From positions 31,767 through 95,766 of the forward strand of contig CACLMT010000002.1 of assembly GCA_902608115.1 (NCBI GenBank): a stretch of DNA of 64,000 bases. The letters are read 5' to 3'. The stretch comes from an uncultured SAR86 cluster bacterium (lineage in GTDB: Bacteria; Pseudomonadota; Gammaproteobacteria; Magnimaribacterales; D2472). Each line of letters opens with the position of its first letter. The stretch's first letter is position 1. The notes beneath the pieces are model-generated. The model worked only from the letters and a program-made list of their open reading frames with translations. It made no database searches and was not told the DNA's origin. The translations under genes and the position numbers were made by a program. Positions 8,949 to 18,278 of this stretch are shown here, in pieces.

Positions 8949-9359
8949 CTAGAATTTATTATCTTTTTCAATAATCTTGCAGTTGCCCCTATGTTCTTGA
9001 GGACCGCGAGTAAGTTCCAAAGTTTCTCTATTGATGTGGTAAACGGCATATTCTCGACAACCATCGTTCACGGAACAATAGGAAAGAAATAAAGTGCTAC
9101 TGCTCATTTCTGTCTTTACTTTTTTGATTGTAGCCATGCCTGCACCTTCTAAATGTTCAATCCAAGCAGTTCTGTTTTCTGTAAAAGTTCCTGTCTTTGC
9201 ATTCGTATCAATTGAATATTCAAACAGCCAAGGCTTGCCATCTATTGTCTTGGGTGGTGGGTTGTCACCTAAATTTTCCATTTCACACTCAAAAAAAATC
9301 TCTTTTGCAAAAGCACTTGTGGCCATAAGCATTGTTAATAGTATTGTTAGTTTTTTCAT
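8949..9359 (-). CDS. Hypothetical secreted protein
   Basis: GGGGAG RBS, signal peptide ending AFA, 4 Cys. Confidence 0.65.
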   Translation of the reverse strand: MKKLTILLTMLMATSAFAKEIFFECEMENLGDNPPPKTIDGKPWLFEYSIDTNAKTGTFTENRTAWIEHLEGAGMATIKKVKTEMSSSTLFLSYCSVNDGCREYAVYHINRETLELTRGPQEHRGNCKIIEKDNKF

Positions 9360-9421
9360 AATCTCCCCTTTAAAAATTAGTATGATTAATTAAAGCATAA
9401 TCTAAGAATTAAACGAAATCG

Positions 9422-9458
9422 CAACCTCGATGTGTGTTTGTTATAGTGAGAACCTATG
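9422..9458 (+). promoter_or_regulatory. Promoter/start module copy 2, now followed only by an 11-codon stub
   Basis: CAACCTCGATGTGTGTTTGTTATAGTGAGAACCTATG, followed by TTTGTGCT x2 (9465, 9477). Confidence 0.55.
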
Positions 9459-9525
9459 CTTATTTTTGTGCTTCAATTTGTGCTCTTATAATCAACTTAA
9501 AGTACAATTCCCTTTCTTATAAGCA

Positions 9526-9615
9526 GGAGAGATGGCAGAGTGGTCGATTGCGCTACCTTGGAAAGGTAGTAACTGGGCAACTGGTTCCGGGGTTCGAATC
9601 CCCGTCTCTCCGCCA
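9526..9615 (+). tRNA. tRNA-Ser(GGA)
   Basis: GGAGAGA/TCTCTCC acceptor stem, CTACC-TTGGAAA-GGTAG anticodon arm, long variable arm, GTTCGAATC, encoded CCA. Confidence 0.97.
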
Positions 9616-9666
9616 TTGGTATCATAATTTAATACTTCAACCAATTCTTGGTAAAAGATATCTCTA

Positions 9667-11484
9667 TTAACTAGTTTGGATCCATTTATCAATCAATTCT
9701 TCTAAAATAAATAAAGGAACAATGCCTTGATCTAGAACAATTGAGTGAAAGGTTTTTAAATCAAACTTATCCCCCATCGTATTTTGAGCTTTTTTTCTAA
9801 GTTCAAGAATTTTTAACATACCCATTTTGTAACTAGTGGCTTGGCCTGGCCAAACAATGTAACGTTCAATTTCTACTCTCACTTCTGTATCAGACATTCC
9901 TGTTGTTTTTTTCATATATTCCATGGCTTTTTCCCTGGTCCATTTTTTAAAGTGGATGCCTGTATCAACAACCAATCTATTAGCTCTAAACATTTCACTT
10001 TGAAGGACACCAAGTTCGTCGTAAAGATTTTTAGTCATGCCAACTTCAACTGCTAATTGTTCAGAGTAAAGAGCCCAACCCTCGGTGAAGGCAGAAGTTC
10101 TATAACCCATTTTTCTATAGAGCGTTAAATCTTTATTTTCTTGATTTAGCGCTATTTGGAAGTGATGACCAGGAACTGCTTCATGGAATGTCAATGTCCT
10201 CATTCCAAAAGTAGGGGTTTGTTTGATGTCATATAAGTTTGCATAAAAAACTCCAGGACGCGAACCATCTAAGCTAGGGGCTTGATAGTAACCTCCTGCA
10301 GCTGTTTTTTCTGAGTATTCTGGTACAGCCCTTACTTCTACAGGGCTAGCTGGAAATCTTTCAAAATAGGGCCTCACATCTTCTTCTGCTTCTTTAACCA
10401 TTTGATTATAATCAGCAACTACAATTTCTTTCCTATCAGGAGTGTCTTCATATAGGAAATCTGGATTTTCATTTAAATCATTCATCATCTCGCCAAGTGG
10501 CTTATTAACCTCATAACCAAGAGTAGAAAAGATTTCTTTCATTCTATTTCCAATCCGTTCAACTTCTAAAAGTCCAATTTGATGAATCTCCTCAGCTGTA
10601 TAATCAGTTGTTGTATAAGATCTTAGTCTAGCTGCATAGAAAGCATCACCATTTGGAAGAGACCAAACACCGTGACGCTGATTAGCATTTTCATAATTCA
10701 TTTCCATGAATTCTAAAATTGATTTGTACCCTGGTTTCACATCTGATTGAATCACTGCGCTTAGTTCATTTATAAGGCTTTCTTTTTTTTGCGAGCTAAT
10801 ATCTAACTCACCAACTTTTTTAATAAATATTTGCATTAAAGGATTGTCAGCATCCTCATAAGCAATAAATTCTTTTAACTGCCTGATGACATGATCAAAG
10901 ACATATTGAGGCGCAAAAATGCCTAATTTTTTTTGTTCTTTAAGCCAAACTAGATCCGAGTTAAATGAATCATCAAACAGCATTATTCTTTTAATATAAT
11001 CCGTAGCCTCTCTATAATTTCTAATTGGATGGGTATCCGTCATAAATTCGACCAAGTTTAGGTGATTCCCGCTTATTTGATTGAATGGATAAGAGTGGTA
11101 TCTAAAATTTTCAAATTGGTTAATGCTATTTTCAGTATCAAATATTGCAATCTTTTGAGTTATCTTTTGAACATCGGATAAATTATTAGGATTGTATTTT
11201 TTAAGCATTGAAAGATGTTTAATATTATCTAGGTGATCTTTTTCACCATCTTCTAAAGTATCAATTGAGAGCTTTTGATTGTGTTTCAAAATTGCATTAT
11301 ATGGATCAAAAATTCCTAAGTAGGTCATAAATTCTGGAGAATCCAGAAGACTCATGGTTAGTTCTTTGGCGAGATAATGATCTAAAGAGTGCGGCTTCAT
11401 CAAAAATAAATTAGCCATATACAGTGATACAAAAGCTAGGCCACCTAAAATGAGGTAGCCAATATATTTAAATAATTTTTTCAT
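9667..11484 (-). CDS. DUF885 family protein (putative Zn metallopeptidase)
   Basis: HEAVPGHHFQ, AFTEGWALYSE, LVVDTGIH and PGQATSYK motifs. Confidence 0.9.
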   Translation of the reverse strand: MKKLFKYIGYLILGGLAFVSLYMANLFLMKPHSLDHYLAKELTMSLLDSPEFMTYLGIFDPYNAILKHNQKLSIDTLEDGEKDHLDNIKHLSMLKKYNPNNLSDVQKITQKIAIFDTENSINQFENFRYHSYPFNQISGNHLNLVEFMTDTHPIRNYREATDYIKRIMLFDDSFNSDLVWLKEQKKLGIFAPQYVFDHVIRQLKEFIAYEDADNPLMQIFIKKVGELDISSQKKESLINELSAVIQSDVKPGYKSILEFMEMNYENANQRHGVWSLPNGDAFYAARLRSYTTTDYTAEEIHQIGLLEVERIGNRMKEIFSTLGYEVNKPLGEMMNDLNENPDFLYEDTPDRKEIVVADYNQMVKEAEEDVRPYFERFPASPVEVRAVPEYSEKTAAGGYYQAPSLDGSRPGVFYANLYDIKQTPTFGMRTLTFHEAVPGHHFQIALNQENKDLTLYRKMGYRTSAFTEGWALYSEQLAVEVGMTKNLYDELGVLQSEMFRANRLVVDTGIHFKKWTREKAMEYMKKTTGMSDTEVRVEIERYIVWPGQATSYKMGMLKILELRKKAQNTMGDKFDLKTFHSIVLDQGIVPLFILEELIDKWIQTS

Positions 11485-11610
11485 ACAATAATCCTTATTT
11501 CTTTTATCCTGATTTAATTAACTCTGTCTAGGTATATACCTTTGTTCAGTTAAAAAGGTTGCAACTTCATGTGGTATATTTATTTTACCATTTAACCTAG
11601 AGTTTTACGT

Positions 11611-12024
11611 ATGACTAATCCATTTCACCTAGCAATACCTGTCAGTGATTTAGATAAAGCAGCAGCATTCTATGAAAATGTAATAGGTTGTAAAAGGGGC
11701 AGGGAGGCCAAGCATTGGATTGACTTTGATTTATTTGGACATCAGCTTGTATGTCATTATGTAGAGACACCCAGCTCATATCATTCAAATCCAGTAGATG
11801 GTGATGATGTTCCAGTGCCACACTTTGGAGTCATACTTAATATCGATGAGTTTGATGTATTGGCAAAACGACTAATAGAGGCAAATCAATCTTTCATTAT
11901 TGAACCAAGAATTAGATTTAAAGGAAAGTCTGGTGAGCAGAGAACTATGTTTTTAAAAGACCCAAGCAATAATGCAATTGAATTTAAAGCTTTTGCTAAT
12001 TTAGATAATTTATTTAAATCCTAA
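11611..12024 (+). CDS. VOC/glyoxalase family protein
   Basis: PFHLAIPV, WIDFDLFGHQ, VPVPHFG, DPSNNAIEFKAF. Confidence 0.85.
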   Translation: MTNPFHLAIPVSDLDKAAAFYENVIGCKRGREAKHWIDFDLFGHQLVCHYVETPSSYHSNPVDGDDVPVPHFGVILNIDEFDVLAKRLIEANQSFIIEPRIRFKGKSGEQRTMFLKDPSNNAIEFKAFANLDNLFKS

Positions 12025-12507
12025 ACTTCTAGCAGCTATTGGGTTAGACATAACCCCTTTATCTATTTTTTGATAAAAGCTAGAGGTTTTTTTAAAAACA
12101 CTTTCTTTTATTAACCATTTCCCAGATTCTTTTATATAAATATCCTTATAAAAGCCAGTTAAATTTAGAGTGATTTTTTTGTTGGTATCTACTAAAAAAT
12201 AGCTTAATGACCAATGAGCGGATGCATTGTTTTTTGTAATTTTAATTATTGGATTTTTTCCAGAGTGGTGTTCAAGTAGATGGTCAAAACAGGAAAATAC
12301 TTTAAATTCATTAACCATTTTTTTTGCTGTATTAAATATTCCAAAATCTTCATAGTCAATATGAACAGCATTGTGACTAAAGCATTCAATCATTGATTGA
12401 GTATCCTTTGTATCACAGGCATCAAAGTAGCGATACTTAAGGTTTTTGATTGCTTCACAATCTTCTAAATGAGTTATTCGTGTGTTTATCGATTGAGATA
12501 AATTCAT
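12010..12507 (-). CDS. SnoaL-like/NTF2 family protein (BaiE/LinA-like)
   Basis: LEDCEAIKNLKYRY..ACD, HHSGKNP, GFYKD.Y...GKWLI. Confidence 0.75.
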   Translation of the reverse strand: MNLSQSINTRITHLEDCEAIKNLKYRYFDACDTKDTQSMIECFSHNAVHIDYEDFGIFNTAKKMVNEFKVFSCFDHLLEHHSGKNPIIKITKNNASAHWSLSYFLVDTNKKITLNLTGFYKDIYIKESGKWLIKESVFKKTSSFYQKIDKGVMSNPIAARSLGFK

Positions 12508-12603
12508 GTTCTATTCATTATTATATAAATAATCGCATTGAGCATTGACTTATGAGAGATATTATTATTAAATACTGTATATATATACAGTATAATTAAA
12601 ATT

Positions 12604-12840
12604 ATGGATAATATAATACATTTACAATTTACAGATCCAATTATTGATGAGTTTGAAGCATTTGTTGATAAAACAGCTGGATTAAAGACCATTGCTTTTA
12701 AATACTTTGGTGCTGATAGTGATAAAGCTGCTGATTATCTTAATATCGAAAGGCTTGGAAGTTTAAAATCAACTGATAAAATTGACCAATTTCAAGTTGG
12801 TAATTTTCAAGAATTTTATCAGCCAGAACTATCGTTTTAA
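12604..12840 (+). CDS. Small hypothetical protein
   Basis: 78-aa ORF with protein-like composition. Confidence 0.5.
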   Translation: MDNIIHLQFTDPIIDEFEAFVDKTAGLKTIAFKYFGADSDKAADYLNIERLGSLKSTDKIDQFQVGNFQEFYQPELSF

Positions 12841-12898
12841 GTTTTTAGATAATTAAAGGGTTACTTTTCATCTACTAAATTCTCTATATAATTTTATA

Positions 12899-13099
12899 TA
12901 GTTGTCGCATATTTAGATTACTAAGGGGATTTGTATATGCTTGTTTTGGTACCCTTGCACAGGAGGTGATCTTATTAGTATTTATATTAAATTAGAAATC
13001 GGAGGTTTTATCTTCTGACACAGGCTAAATTTCTGAATTCGTCTACTAGACTTATCTAACTCTAGTAGTTTGAAGCCTCCTTAGGGAGGCTTCTTTTTT
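12899..13099 (+). ncRNA. Candidate small RNA or small-ORF transcript
   Basis: TATAAT at 12887-12892; 10-aa ORF 12937-12969; AGGAGGTGATC at 12961; hairpin 13043-13068; intrinsic terminator. Confidence 0.45.
13072..13099 (+). terminator. Rho-independent terminator
   Basis: GAAGCCTCC-TTAG-GGAGGCTTC followed by a T-run. Confidence 0.85.
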
Positions 13100-13174
13100 A
13101 ATAAATAAACCCTTTATCACGAGAATAAACATTATAATTCTCATTTTTTAACTTTCTAATTCATTATTATTTAT

Positions 13175-14041
13175 ATGGAACTTAAAAATTGGATACTATT
13201 AATTGTTCTAGCTGCAATATGGGGCAGTGCATTTATGTTCATTAAAATCTCAACAGAAGACTTTGGCCCAAATCTTTTGGTTGCTCTTAGATTGCTTTTA
13301 GCTGGAATTATTTTTACACCTTTTTTGCTTCAGAAAAAAAATAGAATTTACTTTAAATCTTATTTGCCTGGGATTTTGATTTTAGCTATTTTTAATAATG
13401 CATTACCTTTTACAATGTTTTCTTATGCCTCTCTTGGAGCAACTTCTAATATGCTTGCTATTCTTAATGGAGCTACTGCATTAATAACAATGGTAATAGC
13501 ATTCTTTTGGTTAAAAGAAGCCATATCATTCAAGCAGTTTTTAGGCCTTATACTTGGTTTTATAGGGATAATTATTTTGGTCAATCCTTTAAATAGTTCC
13601 GCAACTATTATGGCAAGTTTTGCAGCTTTAATAGGAGCATCATGTTATGCGTTTGGTGCAAATTACATTCAGAAGCATCACTTAGATTCAAATAAATTCG
13701 TTTTAGTAGGATGGGCTATGTTATTTGGTGGTTTATTGATGATCCCATTAGCTATTACAAATCTACCTGATCATTTACCAAGCACAAAGTCTATACTTTC
13801 TCTTTTATGGCTTTCAATTATTGCCACAGGAATGGCATATCTCGTGTTTGTTAAATTAATTGAGAATATAGGAGCAGTTAGAACATCAACAGTGACATAT
13901 TTAATACCAGTTTTTGGTATTTTGTGGGGTTATATATTTTTAAACGAACTTATTACATGGATTATATTGGGTGGTTTTGTTTTTATCATGATTGGCATAT
14001 ATTTAGCTAATTCAAATTTTCAAACTACAGTGGAGAAATAA
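13175..14041 (+). CDS. DMT/EamA family transporter
   Basis: LAAIWGSAFMFIK start, about 10 TM segments, VTYLIPVFGILWG. Confidence 0.9.
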   Translation: MELKNWILLIVLAAIWGSAFMFIKISTEDFGPNLLVALRLLLAGIIFTPFLLQKKNRIYFKSYLPGILILAIFNNALPFTMFSYASLGATSNMLAILNGATALITMVIAFFWLKEAISFKQFLGLILGFIGIIILVNPLNSSATIMASFAALIGASCYAFGANYIQKHHLDSNKFVLVGWAMLFGGLLMIPLAITNLPDHLPSTKSILSLLWLSIIATGMAYLVFVKLIENIGAVRTSTVTYLIPVFGILWGYIFLNELITWIILGGFVFIMIGIYLANSNFQTTVEK

Positions 14042-14042
14042 T

Positions 14043-14402
14043 ATGAGTTACACCGAACAAGAATTAGCTAAAGCTGATGAGGTAATACCAAGAGTGAGCC
14101 TTACAAATTATAAAAATGATAACAATAGAAAAATAATGGTAGATGTAAGACAGTTAGAGGAATTGCAAGCATCTGGAACAGTAAAAGGCGCGCTACATAT
14201 TCCAAAAGGAGTTATTGAATTTAGAATGAATAATAATAAGGATGTACATGAAGATACATCTATTTATGTATTTTGTGCTATTGGTATTAGATCTGCATTA
14301 GCAGGATACAATTTAAAAAAAATTGGATATAAAAATGTTTTTAATCTTATTGGTTTTCAAGATATCCTTGATCAAGGCGCTGAGATTGAAAGTGTTTCTT
14401 AA
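14043..14402 (+). CDS. Rhodanese-like domain protein
   Basis: VDVR..EE, GALHIP, active-site CAIGIRS. Confidence 0.85.
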   Translation: MSYTEQELAKADEVIPRVSLTNYKNDNNRKIMVDVRQLEELQASGTVKGALHIPKGVIEFRMNNNKDVHEDTSIYVFCAIGIRSALAGYNLKKIGYKNVFNLIGFQDILDQGAEIESVS

Positions 14403-14420
14403 TAAAGGAGTATAAAAATT

Positions 14421-14813
14421 ATGTTTAGTCATATTATGGTTGGAGCAAATGATATAGAAGCATCTAAAATTTTTTATGACAAAGTTTTAGGTGTCCTTGG
14501 ATGTGAGCCTGGATTATTATCAGAAAATTTAACAGGTCAAAAACGGTACATGTATTTCTTGGACGGCAGTACGTTTTTAATTACTGAACCAATAGACGGA
14601 AATCCTTCCACGCATGGCAATGGATCAACTATTGGTTTTAATGTGCCCGATGAAGTTACCGGAGATACTTGGTATGAAGTAGGCCTAGAGAATGGTGGTA
14701 CTGATTGCGAAGATCCTCCTGGTGTCAGAGAGGGCATGGGCGTAAAAATGTATCTTGCTTATTTACAAGATCCATCAGGTAATAAAATTTGCGCACTCAA
14801 AAGATTAGCGTAA
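14421..14813 (+). CDS. VOC/glyoxalase family protein
   Basis: FSHIMVGAND, GNGSTIGF, YLAYLQDPSGNKIC. Confidence 0.85.
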   Translation: MFSHIMVGANDIEASKIFYDKVLGVLGCEPGLLSENLTGQKRYMYFLDGSTFLITEPIDGNPSTHGNGSTIGFNVPDEVTGDTWYEVGLENGGTDCEDPPGVREGMGVKMYLAYLQDPSGNKICALKRLA

Positions 14814-14838
14814 ATTAAATAGATTTTTTTTATTAAAC

Positions 14839-14915
14839 TGGCACGCCCGGAGAGATTCGAACTCCCGACCCCTTGGTTCGAAGCCAAGTACTCTATCCAG
14901 CTGAGCTACGGGCGC
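14839..14915 (-). tRNA. tRNA-Arg(TCG)
   Basis: GCGCCCGTAGCTCAGCTGGATAGAG...CTTGG-CTTCGAA-CCAAG...GTTCGAATC...GCCA. Confidence 0.95.
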
Positions 14916-15042
14916 TTGTATAGATTATGCATTCTATTTACTTTAGGCCTGTCAATCAATGTAATTTAATTGTAAAAATAAATGTTGAAAGAATATGCAT
15001 TGGTTACCATAATAAAGTTTGATTATCATTTAGGAACAAAAA

Positions 15043-17139
15043 GTGAATAAAAAATTTATCTTGTATTTATTAATTGGCTTAATTATTGGCTGTTCAAAAC
15101 CTTCTGAAAATTCTTCAGCTTTGCCTGGATCATTGGATGATTCACAAGATGGATTTTTAAATATTGCTGGTGCAAGAATTGGTCTTGCATCTCAACCAGA
15201 AATTGATTGGGATTTTCAAGCAGTTGACCCTTATATGGATGTTAATTCAAAAATAAGCTCCTCTAGAGTTCCTTTGTTTGGTGATTTACATGTCCATACA
15301 AAATATTCCTTCGATGCTTATATTTTTGGAACGCTTGCTAGTCCTGATGATGCTTATGAATTTGCTAAAGGAGCGCCATTACGTCATCCAGCAGGATTTG
15401 ACATGCAATTAAAAAGACCTTTAGATTTTTATGGAGTTACAGATCATGGAACATTTTTAGGTCAAGTTGAAGAAGCAGCTACACCTGGAACTGTTTATTA
15501 TGAAGCACCTTCAAGTATTCAAGTTCGAGATATTAATTCAGTTGAAAATCTTAATTTATCAACATTTGATGCTAGGAGAGAAGCATTTGGTGGATTTTTA
15601 TTAAAAACAACTACTGCCCTAAGAGAGGGGAAGCTTGATATTCGGTATGTGGATAAAGTTAGTAGAACTGCGTGGGCAGACATTGTAGCGGCAGCTGAAA
15701 GACATAATGATCCTGGAAAGTTTACAACTTTTATTGGTTTTGAATATACAGCCTCAACGCCAGATATGGGTAACTTACATAGAAATGTTATTTTTAGAGG
15801 AGATGGAAATAGAATTCCATCTGTACCATATGGGAGAGCTAATTCTAATTCTCCTGAAGGTCTATGGAATTGGATGGATCGTTTAAGAGAAGATGGTATT
15901 GAGAGTATGGCAATTCCACATAATTCAAATGGTTCCGGTGGCAATATGTTTGCTTTAGTAGATTCAAATGATAAACCTTTCACCAAGGAGTATTCAGATC
16001 TGCGATCAAGAAATGAACCCATAGTTGAAATAACTCAAGTTAAAGGAACATCCGACACACACCCAGCATTATCTAAAAATGATGAATGGGCTGATTTTGA
16101 AATCATGCCCTACAAAGTAGCTACATTAGAGTACTCAGAGCCTAAAGGTAGTTATGTTAGGGATGCATTTTTAGAAGGTTTGAGACTGGAAATTCAAAAA
16201 GGCTTTAACCCTTACAAGTTTGGATTAATTGGCTCTAGTGATACTCATACAGGAGCTTCGTCTCAAGACGAGAGCAATTTTTATTCAAAGATTGGGTTAT
16301 TAGATTCAACGCCTGAGATGAGAGGCTCAATACCTATAAATAATTCTTTTAGTGAAGAAAACCCAAGCGCTGCTGAAGGGGGTTGTTTTGAGATCAGCCA
16401 ACCAACTGAAGATGGTGTTGTGGAATATTGTGTAACAGCACAAGAGGTGAATGGAGAAATATATATGAATTCATCATCTATCACCTGGGGGGCATCAGGT
16501 CTTGCGGGTGTTTGGGCTGAAGAGAATACTAGAGAGAGCATATACAATGCCCTTCGTCGCAAAGAATCATTTGCTACATCAGGCCCAAGAATGACCATTC
16601 GTTTTTTTGCAGGGTTTGATTTAGATAATACTAAACTTAATGATATTGATTTAGTTGAACATCTTTATGCAAAGGGTAAATCCATGGGTTCAGACCTTGA
16701 TGGTATAGCAAAACAAACACCTCTATTTTTTGTTTGGGCTGTTAGAGATTCATATTCAGCTCCATTACAACGAATTCAGATTATTAAAGGATTTATTGAT
16801 GTAAGTGGGAATCCTCAAGAAGAGGTCTTTGATGTGACTTGTTCTGATGAAGGAACTCCAGATCCAATAAGTCATAGATGCCCAGATAATAATGCAAAAG
16901 TTGATATTTCTAATTGCGCCTTCTCACAAGATATTGGAGCTACAGAATTAAAGTCTTTTTGGAGTGATCCTACGTTTAAGGTTGATCAACGTGCTTTTTA
17001 TTATGTTAGAGCACTTGAAAATCCAACCTGTAGATGGAGTACTTGGGATGCAATAAGAAATAATCTTGACCCTAGATCTGATATGCCAAAAACTATTCAA
17101 GAGCGAGCTTGGTCATCACCAATTCATTATATTCCTTAG
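15043..17139 (+). CDS. DUF3604 domain lipoprotein (PHP-like metallohydrolase)
   Basis: Lipobox IIGC; FGDLHVHT, VTDH, NLHRNVIFR, GSSDTH, QERAWSSPI. Confidence 0.88.
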   Translation: MNKKFILYLLIGLIIGCSKPSENSSALPGSLDDSQDGFLNIAGARIGLASQPEIDWDFQAVDPYMDVNSKISSSRVPLFGDLHVHTKYSFDAYIFGTLASPDDAYEFAKGAPLRHPAGFDMQLKRPLDFYGVTDHGTFLGQVEEAATPGTVYYEAPSSIQVRDINSVENLNLSTFDARREAFGGFLLKTTTALREGKLDIRYVDKVSRTAWADIVAAAERHNDPGKFTTFIGFEYTASTPDMGNLHRNVIFRGDGNRIPSVPYGRANSNSPEGLWNWMDRLREDGIESMAIPHNSNGSGGNMFALVDSNDKPFTKEYSDLRSRNEPIVEITQVKGTSDTHPALSKNDEWADFEIMPYKVATLEYSEPKGSYVRDAFLEGLRLEIQKGFNPYKFGLIGSSDTHTGASSQDESNFYSKIGLLDSTPEMRGSIPINNSFSEENPSAAEGGCFEISQPTEDGVVEYCVTAQEVNGEIYMNSSSITWGASGLAGVWAEENTRESIYNALRRKESFATSGPRMTIRFFAGFDLDNTKLNDIDLVEHLYAKGKSMGSDLDGIAKQTPLFFVWAVRDSYSAPLQRIQIIKGFIDVSGNPQEEVFDVTCSDEGTPDPISHRCPDNNAKVDISNCAFSQDIGATELKSFWSDPTFKVDQRAFYYVRALENPTCRWSTWDAIRNNLDPRSDMPKTIQERAWSSPIHYIP

Positions 17140-17143
17140 TCAA

Positions 17144-18145
17144 TTGAGTAGTATTTTTAAGCCTCAGCGACAATGCTTAGCAGTAGTTGTATTATTTTTT
17201 TCAATCACTCTAGTTTCTGAAACTTTTACTAATACCAACCATGTTCCTAATGACAAGAGTTTTGGAGATTTTTTGAAATGGACTTTAGATGGAAAGAATG
17301 ATCCTGAAAAAATACAAATTGAAACTTCAAACCAATGGCAGCTACTGACTTTCGAAGATACTAATTATGCAGTTTGGGTAGGGCATGCAACTTACCTTAT
17401 TAATAACGGTGACCTTAACATTCTGACAGATCCTATTTTTTCAGAACGTGCATCACCTTTTTCATGGCTAGGCCCAAAGAGAATGATACCTCCAGCAATT
17501 CCATTAAAAGATCTTCCAAAAATTGATGTGGTGGTTATTAGTCACAATCATTACGATCACTTTGATATACCATCTCTGAAGAAATTATATGAGCTGAATT
17601 CTGAAACAATTTTTTTAGTTCCTCAAGGAGATAAAAGACGGTTAAAGAGGGCTGGTATAACGTATGTGCATGAATTTTTATGGTGGGAAAATATTCAAAT
17701 TCAAGATACAACTTTTACCTTTACACCGGTACAGCATTGGTCAAAGAGAGGATTATATGATCGAAATAAAAGTCTTTGGGGTGGTTGGTTTATGCAAGCT
17801 AAGGACTTAAAACTTTATCATGCGGGTGATACAGGCTACTCGAATGATTTTGTAACTACTAGAGATCAGTTAGGATCTCCAGATTATTCTTTTATACCTA
17901 TAGGCGGGTATGATCCTAGATGGTTTATGAAACATGCGCATGTAAATCCTGAAGAGGCAGTACAAATTGCGATAGATTTAAAAAGCTCTTACTCATTTGG
18001 TATGCATTGGGGTACATTTATTTTAACTGATGAGCCAGTGACTGAACCTCCAAAGAGAATTGAGGTGACTTTAAAAGATCAAGGTTTTGAGACTAGTTTT
18101 TTTAGATCTCCAAAACCTGGTGAATTACTTAAATTAAGCAATTAA
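17144..18145 (+). CDS. MBL-fold metallo-hydrolase (NAPE-PLD/RomA-like); start uncertain
   Basis: WVGHAT, TDPIFS, SHNHYDH, AGDTGY, MHWGTF; in-frame TTG at 17144 avoids the overlap. Confidence 0.85.
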   Translation: MSSIFKPQRQCLAVVVLFFSITLVSETFTNTNHVPNDKSFGDFLKWTLDGKNDPEKIQIETSNQWQLLTFEDTNYAVWVGHATYLINNGDLNILTDPIFSERASPFSWLGPKRMIPPAIPLKDLPKIDVVVISHNHYDHFDIPSLKKLYELNSETIFLVPQGDKRRLKRAGITYVHEFLWWENIQIQDTTFTFTPVQHWSKRGLYDRNKSLWGGWFMQAKDLKLYHAGDTGYSNDFVTTRDQLGSPDYSFIPIGGYDPRWFMKHAHVNPEEAVQIAIDLKSSYSFGMHWGTFILTDEPVTEPPKRIEVTLKDQGFETSFFRSPKPGELLKLSN

Positions 18146-18278
18146 ACCAATACAATCTTTTTATGAATTAATTAGATATGTTGGTTGAAGTTTTGGAAAT
18201 GTGTTGCAAAGAGCCACTCAGAATTAAATTATTAAAGCCAGCCCATATTAATAGATTAAGAGAGTATGCTCTAGCTCT

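Larger units (their letters stand above)
5621..9564. mobile_element. tRNA-Ser-anchored genomic islet without an integrase gene
   Basis: Bounded by the 41-bp tRNA direct repeat; orphan ORFs inside; short tandem repeats near both ends. Confidence 0.8.

Noticed and set aside
5662-9523. Islet as a classical integron array or prophage
   Set aside because: No intI or phage genes, no RYYYAAC...GTTRRRY attC hairpins, and mixed gene orientation
9434-9692. ORFs 9434..9670 (+) and 9492..9692 (-)
   Set aside because: They overlap tRNA-Ser; shadow ORFs
12961-12971. 16S rRNA gene fragment
   Set aside because: Only 11 nt match; the flanks are not rRNA-like
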